A DNA stretch of 64,000 nt, from the IMG/VR virus record IMGVR_UViG_3300046170_000409. The stretch is one strand, 5' to 3'. Below the pieces are notes generated by a model. That model was not told where the DNA came from and made no database searches. It saw only the letters and a list, made by a program, of their open reading frames with translations. The DNA is from an uncultured virus (IMG/VR IMGVR_UViG_3300046170_000409) (Duplodnaviria > Heunggongvirae > Uroviricota > Caudoviricetes). This document shows, one piece after another, positions 57,565-64,000 of the stretch; the first letter of the stretch is position 1; each line of letters begins with the position of its first letter. The position numbers were made by a program, and so were the translations under genes.

Positions 57565-59481
57565 TTATCCAGCACGTCCAACAATTTCTGAGAATTCTAC
57601 CCCAGTCCTTACTGCGACAAAGTTTAGTTGGATAAAGTTGATTGAACGAGCAGGTTTAATGTAAATATCACCGACAAATTCATTTCTGTCAATCACAGCA
57701 CCACTATTGTTAGTACTGTCACAGACAACAGTGAAGTCTGTAATACCTCTTCGCCCTTGTACGTCCCTTAAAAATGGTTCAACCAAATTCTTAAATTGAG
57801 ATCTGGTAAACTCATCATTAAACTCGAATAATGTAAAGTTTGCTGCAGTAGAGATTGCTTTCTCTAATACAATGAACAATCTTCTTACATTGATTCTATC
57901 AAAAGCACTTGGTTGTGCAAGCATTGTCTTGTCTCCGAACAGTACAGTTCCTTGTCCAGGAAATGTTACAACAGGGTTAACACCCTTTTTGTATAGTTCA
58001 TCACGTTGACCTTTTGATGGATTGAATGCGAGTTTAACAACATTCTTAACTGAACCACGATTGAATCCTGCAGGTGAGTACCATGGATCTCTTGCAAGAT
58101 CTGTTTGTACCATAAGTCCTGCTGTGTCTGCATTCAGTGGGACATAACGATATAAGTCGTTATATTTGTCATACTGATACTTCCAACCAGAATCCATAAC
58201 TGCGTATGAAGATGATGGTAGTCCATCACGATATGAAATAATATCGTCAACTTCTTTTCCATCATATCCACTGTTGTTAACAACATCAGCACGTTCTGGT
58301 GAAATACAAACAATACAATCTTTTCTTGATTCAGCGATGTTTGTAATTAAATGAGTTGCCAATGTAGTATCAGCGTCTGAACCTAACAGTAATGATACAT
58401 CCACATCTTCAGAAGATTTGAATTTATCTACCCCTGAGATTTTTTGTGCAGAGGATGGTGTAGCACCATCTTTACCATCTGTCATTGACGCTGTTACAGG
58501 CAAATCATTTCCTGGATAATTTGTACCTAAATCAGCACGAACACCACCTTGTGATAGGTTAGAGTTATGTCCACCCCACCAAACCCAAGAGGATTGCTGA
58601 TTAATTACATCTTTATAGTAGTTAGTTGCACCTTGTGCTGTTTTAGCATCACTTGCAACTGAAACATTTTCATATGCTTCAACAACTGAACCAGATGCAC
58701 CACTAATTGCACCATCTTCGTCAACAACTGCAACATGAATTGCATCACCTTGTGCATTAACAGTGTTTGCATATGTTGTTGTGGTTGGTGCTTGGTCAAA
58801 GTTACCAAAATATTCCCAACGTCTTGTTAAGTCAGGTGTATATGTGTTAACTGTGTTACCTGTGTAATCTGATGTTAAAGTAATTGTATTACCTGATAGC
58901 GATGCGATTTTCTTAGACTCTTTATCTGGTCCAAGAAGAACAAGATCGCCAACTACGAATTGTGTTTCTGTATTAGAACTCCCTTGTCCATCACCAATCA
59001 ACCCTACAGTTTTACTGTTACGTGAAACTGAATATGATGTTGCTACTGTGGACTCCCATGCATTTGCATTATGACACACAGAAACTTTTAGTGAGTTTCC
59101 GAGTTCTCCTGGATATTTTGCAACCCAGTCTCCGTGCCCAGATTGATGGGAATATGTTTCATTATAATAATCTTCGGATTCAACGTATGTCCCTACTGTA
59201 CCAGTGGTAGCATTATTTGCACCATTAACTACACGAACAACATAAAGTGAATTTCCGTATGCTAAGAAGTTTGCTGCAGTGAAAAAGTCTGAAGCAGTGT
59301 TTGAGTTTGGTTTGTTAAAAATGTTAACCAATTGGTCTTCACTATTAACTAGAACACGCTCATTCACTGGACCCCACTTATAATGTCCTGCTACACCACC
59401 TGTTGTAGTGCTTACTGCTGGGACAACAGTGGTTAGATCTATTTCACTAACATTCACTCCTGGACTGACTTGGAATGCCAT
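57565..59481 (-). CDS. 18: Tail sheath protein (gp18)
   Basis: SPGVNVSEID, WYSPAGFNRG, FDRINVRRLF; late promoter at 59526-59533. Confidence 0.97.
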   Translation of the reverse strand: MAFQVSPGVNVSEIDLTTVVPAVSTTTGGVAGHYKWGPVNERVLVNSEDQLVNIFNKPNSNTASDFFTAANFLAYGNSLYVVRVVNGANNATTGTVGTYVESEDYYNETYSHQSGHGDWVAKYPGELGNSLKVSVCHNANAWESTVATSYSVSRNSKTVGLIGDGQGSSNTETQFVVGDLVLLGPDKESKKIASLSGNTITLTSDYTGNTVNTYTPDLTRRWEYFGNFDQAPTTTTYANTVNAQGDAIHVAVVDEDGAISGASGSVVEAYENVSVASDAKTAQGATNYYKDVINQQSSWVWWGGHNSNLSQGGVRADLGTNYPGNDLPVTASMTDGKDGATPSSAQKISGVDKFKSSEDVDVSLLLGSDADTTLATHLITNIAESRKDCIVCISPERADVVNNSGYDGKEVDDIISYRDGLPSSSYAVMDSGWKYQYDKYNDLYRYVPLNADTAGLMVQTDLARDPWYSPAGFNRGSVKNVVKLAFNPSKGQRDELYKKGVNPVVTFPGQGTVLFGDKTMLAQPSAFDRINVRRLFIVLEKAISTAANFTLFEFNDEFTRSQFKNLVEPFLRDVQGRRGITDFTVVCDSTNNSGAVIDRNEFVGDIYIKPARSINFIQLNFVAVRTGVEFSEIVGRAG

Positions 59482-59544
59482 TTTTCTATCTCCTTCTTAT
59501 AGAGTTTTATTGCTTTTACTTACATTATTTATAAAAAACCATAT

Positions 59545-61204
59545 TTAGAATGGTTCAAAGTTTCTTTTCACATATTCACCTGTTGAATATGGATTTTCTA
59601 AATCACCATTAACATCAACATTCACAACATTTTCATCAGGCATACCATCATCAAAAAAACCAAATGGTAATAATTCACTCATTAATTCCTCTTCAGTTCT
59701 CTGCCTTAACGTTTTTAGCGTATTAATGTCAGTTAATTCTTTAAAAAATTGCTGGTCTGTCAACCAAGAAAATAAGACTAAACACATAACCAAGTCATCA
59801 TGATTTCCTGATTCTGCCTCATATGAGTTTGCTTTTCGTGAAAATGTAGAAAATTCCCTTATTGTATTGAAATCATTAATAATTAATTGTTCTTGTTCAA
59901 TTAATAATTTCAATATAGAACATCCTACTGATTTCACTGATTTTGTAGTTCTTATTCCCTTATCTAAATTTTTACCAAATCCTGCAGATATTCTTTTACC
60001 AGAACGTCCTGCAGATTCAGTATATAATATATTCTCATACTCAAAATCGTGATGTAACAAGTCAGAAACTTGCTCTCCGATATCATTTATCTCAACTAAT
60101 ACCACTGCCTCATTATAATGTTTTACTGTTCTATGTATTATTTCAGTATATTCTATTGGTGTGATATAATTGTCTCGATACACACATACTTGTTGATATG
60201 GCATTTTTGTTGTATCAATAATTTGAAAGGCACTATAATCAAGTCCTTTTCCTCTTGATACATCAACTGTTGCCACATATGTGTGTCCTTCCTCTGGTTG
60301 TTTATACATTGACAACCCATTAGAATCCTTGATTGGTTGTCTTGCAACCATTGTTTTAATTTTATTTCCTTCAATCAGTGTGCCAGAACTACCTAAAAAT
60401 TGACACTCAAATTCTTGAGAAAATTTTTCATAGTCAAAATCCATAGAAGCAAGAGTTTCTTGTTTCCATTTGTCATCTCTTCCTGGAACTGATTTCCAAT
60501 GAACCTCAACAAACTGATATCCATTTGTTCCTTCTTTTGCTCCTTCACAAGTCTTATAAAAATGATTTAATCCATTTGGTGTACTTGTTAATAGAATCTT
60601 AGTTGTCTCACCAGAAGAAATAGTAGGAAATACTGATGCAAAGAATTCATCCCAATTTTCTACGAATGCAGTCTCATCAATGTATAGAAGTGATATCGAC
60701 TTACCACGAATAGCACTCGAGGAGGTTGCAGAAGCAATGATTTTACATCCATTCTCAAACTCTACACTACCTTTGTTCCATTCGATTACACCCTGTTGCA
60801 TCCACTTAGGGAGTGCCTCGTAAGCAATCTTAACACGATCTAATATTTCTCTTGCAGCATCTCCTTTGTTTGCCAGCAGTGCAACTGTTTTGTGTTCATT
60901 AAATAATATGTAATGTAATATCACACATACTGCTGTTGTTGTTTTACCTGCTTGACGAGATGTTACGACTGCACAACGACGATGATTAGTAATTTTTTCA
61001 ATAATATCTCTTTTGATAATTATATAAGTCAATTGGAATTAATCCACGATCTACATGAACAATTTGTATATATTTTTGTACAAAGTATATTGGATTCTTA
61101 GCACATTTAAGAAATTCTTTGACTTTTTGTTTAGTCCACTGAATTGGTGTACTTTTTCTTTTTAGATTAGTATTTCCATTATACCCACGATCTAAAGAAC
61201 TCAT
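59545..61204 (-). CDS. 17: Terminase large subunit (gp17); +1 frameshift near 61011-61014
   Basis: RQAGKTT, YIDE, STPNG, DVSRG, HDDLV. The N-terminus is in ORF 60998..61204; removing one A gives about 552 aa. Confidence 0.93.
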
Positions 61205-61623
61205 TCTTCCTCTTGCCCCTTTATAAGTTTCTGTAAGTCAGAAGTACTGCCTACAAATAGAGCATTGGTTACATTTTGTGGGTCTTGTTGTTTTTCTTCT
61301 TTTGTTAAGTCTTTAACCTTTTTCTGTATGTCTAATAAATCTTTATTGGCATCAACTAACGTCTTAGTAAGTTGACTGACCACTTCAAATGCACGTGGAT
61401 GTTCACTTGCTTTTGCAAGTTCCACAAGTTGATTGAGTGCATCCGAACTTGTTTCTATGACTTGATAAAGATTACTTCTAGCATATTCGTAATCAGTTTG
61501 TATTTCTTTATCTTTAGAATCGGTTGTTTTAATAGGAGGTTTTTTATGTGTCTGAAAATCGTCAGATACTAATTCACCTTCAATCTCAAAAATTTCGTTT
61601 AAATTTTCTGTTGTTTTTTTCAT
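61201..61623 (-). CDS. 16: Terminase small subunit (gp16)
   Basis: DYEYAR, HPRAFEV, NALFVGST. Confidence 0.93.
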   Translation of the reverse strand: MKKTTENLNEIFEIEGELVSDDFQTHKKPPIKTTDSKDKEIQTDYEYARSNLYQVIETSSDALNQLVELAKASEHPRAFEVVSQLTKTLVDANKDLLDIQKKVKDLTKEEKQQDPQNVTNALFVGSTSDLQKLIKGQEEE

Positions 61624-62462
61624 TATGAATGTCCATGTCTATCTATTCCATCAAAAAAGTTTTCTGAATCAAATGCAAATCCATAATCACTATTTGCACT
61701 AATTGATGATGTTGCGATACTTGCTGTTGAATTGGTTGTTGGTGAACCATTTGCAAGTAATCCAGGAGTTAATGTTATTCTGGTATTATAAGGTGCACCT
61801 ACAACATTATTTGCTGAAAGGTCAACAAGTGTTCTTTTAATAACACCTTTGTTTCTAGTTGGACCAAATAAATATCCCTTGACTGTAAATGTTAATGTGT
61901 ATATAATTGCCCTGCGAACTTGAAAGTCTGCATCATATGAATCTTCAATTGACATTCCAGTAAATACTGTTGGCACATCAAATTTGTCTGCAATTTCAGG
62001 AACCAACTTTACTGTATGTGTCCACTCTGGTCTAAAAAAAGGTAGTATCTGTTCTATGACTTGTACTGCATCTTCATTATTTGCAAACATTGCATACAAT
62101 GTAAATGTAATATCATAAGGAACAGGTGTATTTGCTTTTCTAATAGTATTTTGATTTGAACCTATACCAGTGTTAATACCAAGTTTACTTAATCCTCTAT
62201 CTGGTGCATATGCCATATCAGTAATTTCAAAAGCAAGTCTTGGTAATTGTATTGCTACATCTTTATCTAATTGTGGATCGCCACGTAATCTTGCAAGAAA
62301 CTTTTCTTTTGGACCATATGCAATAGGAACACGAATTGATTGTACTGCATCTCCTGAATTGTTATATCTAACAACATCTATATCATTAAACATATTACCA
62401 AACATGATAACATATTTTCTTATAATTCCATGATGTTGAACTGAACTACCAAACATTACCAA
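61623..62462 (-). CDS. 15: Tail sheath stabiliser (gp15)
   Basis: VPIAYGPKEKFLARL, LPR, EQILPFFRP. Confidence 0.93.
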   Translation of the reverse strand: MVMFGSSVQHHGIIRKYVIMFGNMFNDIDVVRYNNSGDAVQSIRVPIAYGPKEKFLARLRGDPQLDKDVAIQLPRLAFEITDMAYAPDRGLSKLGINTGIGSNQNTIRKANTPVPYDITFTLYAMFANNEDAVQVIEQILPFFRPEWTHTVKLVPEIADKFDVPTVFTGMSIEDSYDADFQVRRAIIYTLTFTVKGYLFGPTRNKGVIKRTLVDLSANNVVGAPYNTRITLTPGLLANGSPTTNSTASIATSSISANSDYGFAFDSENFFDGIDRHGHS

Positions 62463-63211
62463 CTACCTCCTTCTGAGAAAGGATTTTTTTCAGTGAAGTC
62501 AATGAAGTCTATATTAGTAGATTGTCCAAAGAATTCGTTATTCGCTGATGCATCAGTATCTTCAATTCTATAAGATTCGTTAATCAAATTACTTCCATCT
62601 TCAAATACAATACTGTCACTTGCTTCTGTAAGTATTTCAACAAAGTTTTTATCACCAGAATACCTATCTTCAATTGCATCAATGTCTGTAATACCAGTAT
62701 CGATTTTCTCATGACTGTATTCAAACAATTCAAGTGTAAGGTCGAAAGTTTGTAAACTTCCCATTTGATAGAAGATTGCTTCATGTTCTACAAATTTAAT
62801 TTCAAAGACTTTACCATTGAGTGGGAAATAAATTAAATCTCCTTCTGATGGTCTTGCAATTCCTTCAGTTTCGTTGACAGGTGTGGTATCTTCAGGATTT
62901 ATTTCTTCCCCAAATCTACGTCTTGCAACAGTGAGTACCATTTCATCACGAATCTCTAATCCAAATTTAGAAAGGAAATCACCATCGCCAGTGAATCCAT
63001 CAACAGATTTGATATACATTTCAACTGGATATGCTCCTTCAAATTTAGAAAGAGTATCTTCGCCAAATAACATATCTTCTTTGACGAGTGTGCGTGGCAT
63101 GTAATAGACTTCAATGCCATAGATCTTAATTGATTCGATTATAAGATCTTCGATTAAATTCTGTTCTTGCGTAAACGCATGATTGTTGAAATATAAATTT
63201 GTTGTTGGCAT
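62456..63211 (-). CDS. 14: Neck protein (gp14)
   Basis: EQNLIEDLIIESIKIYG, SKFGLEIRD, RPSEGDLIYFP. Confidence 0.93.
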   Translation of the reverse strand: MPTTNLYFNNHAFTQEQNLIEDLIIESIKIYGIEVYYMPRTLVKEDMLFGEDTLSKFEGAYPVEMYIKSVDGFTGDGDFLSKFGLEIRDEMVLTVARRRFGEEINPEDTTPVNETEGIARPSEGDLIYFPLNGKVFEIKFVEHEAIFYQMGSLQTFDLTLELFEYSHEKIDTGITDIDAIEDRYSGDKNFVEILTEASDSIVFEDGSNLINESYRIEDTDASANNEFFGQSTNIDFIDFTEKNPFSEGGSW

Positions 63212-63215
63212 TTAA

Positions 63216-63960
63216 TTACCCAATCATGTCCATTGATGGCATAGAATATCTATTTACAACTTCTTCTTCTAGTGCTTTAATTTCTTCATCTGCTTCATTC
63301 CAGATAGTTTGTCCATTAAATTGCACTCCACCTGGAAGTTGCATGCCCTCAAATTTTTTAAGATTTTCGCCCCATTGTTTTTTGAACAAAGCAGTAGTAT
63401 ATCTACGCAACCACCAATCACCCCAAACACTAGTGTATGTGTCAGGATCTAATTGACGATATGCCTCAATGATTAAATATTCACCAACTGAAGTTCTGTT
63501 GCCCCAGTCCATGTCAATGAAAAGTCTGTCCATATGACGATTAAATCTTAATGGTTGTTTTCCAACAAATAATTCTTCTAACAATGCAATACGTTCCATG
63601 GAACTTACATAGTTTTGTACTTTAGCATGAGACCAATCATATACATCATTAAGTGTAATTTGATATCTTAAATTAAATAAATTATTTGCATTAAGACCAG
63701 TGCCAACAGGGAAACACATTTACAACACCAATAATGTTTGATGGAATTGCAACATATCCATTTGTTTGGTCTGTTGAAGTTACTTGATGTTTATAGAAAG
63801 TTCTTTCTGAACCATCATAGTGATAATCTCTATAAAAAGCAAGAGCATCATCAATACGATCTTGCATTTGGTCTTCATCGACGTTTATCTCTATAACAGG
63901 ATGTCCCAGTCTACGCAAACAATATTTCTTTAATTCATCTCTACTTGTAGGGTTTGCCAT
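63216..63960 (-). CDS. 13: Neck protein (gp13); +1 frameshift near 63709-63711
   Basis: YCLRRLGHPVIEINV in 63691..63960 and KKQWGENLKKF..QLPGG in 63216..63719. Removing one C gives about 247 aa. Late promoter at 63992-63999. Confidence 0.92.
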
Positions 63961-64000
63961 ATCTTATATCCTATATTAGTCGTTCTGTGACTATTTATAA

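Noticed and set aside
60998..61032. Programmed frameshift or intron in the terminase gene
   Set aside because: There is no intervening sequence; a one-base deletion restores a normal-length gp17, as at three other sites.
350..63456. Numerous plus-strand ORFs and nested minus-strand ORFs in the track
   Set aside because: They are antisense or alternative-frame shadows of well-supported minus-strand genes, with no recognisable motifs.
1..64000. Stop-codon reassignment, inteins, tRNA genes
   Set aside because: Core genes are full length in the standard code, TAA, TAG and TGA all act as stops, gp41 and gp43 are normal size, and I saw no cloverleaf in the short intergenic gaps (tRNAscan not run).

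Overview
AT-rich 64-kb segment of a large T4-like (myovirus) phage genome with essentially all genes on the minus strand. Read in the direction of transcription (64000 to 1), it carries: neck, tail and head genes (gp13-gp23, gp3); uvsY, uvsW, gp55, gp47 and gp46; an accessory block (peptide deformylase, Cys-less glutaredoxin, APS-kinase-like protein, kdsA); a tightly coupled five-gene DNA-hypermodification operon (class-II glutamine amidotransferase, GNAT, aGPT-Pplase2-like transferase, TET/JBP dioxygenase, P-loop kinase); an early CobT/CobS-like pair; gp45, gp44, gp62 and regA; an auxiliary-metabolic island (several 2OG-Fe(II) oxygenases, Hsp20, permease plus porin, peroxiredoxin, AlkB-type monooxygenase); gp43, uvsX and gp41; and late-promoter genes with capsid-targeting-like N-termini. 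Gene order and content resemble marine T4-like phages. An RpoH-type promoter with a ROSE-like leader points weakly to an alphaproteobacterial host (inference). Four genes are broken by single extra bases, most likely sequencing errors. The best leads are the hypermodification operon and an intergenic hairpin whose 25-nt loop is complementary to the leaders of early transcripts. All family assignments come from motif recognition, not database searches.
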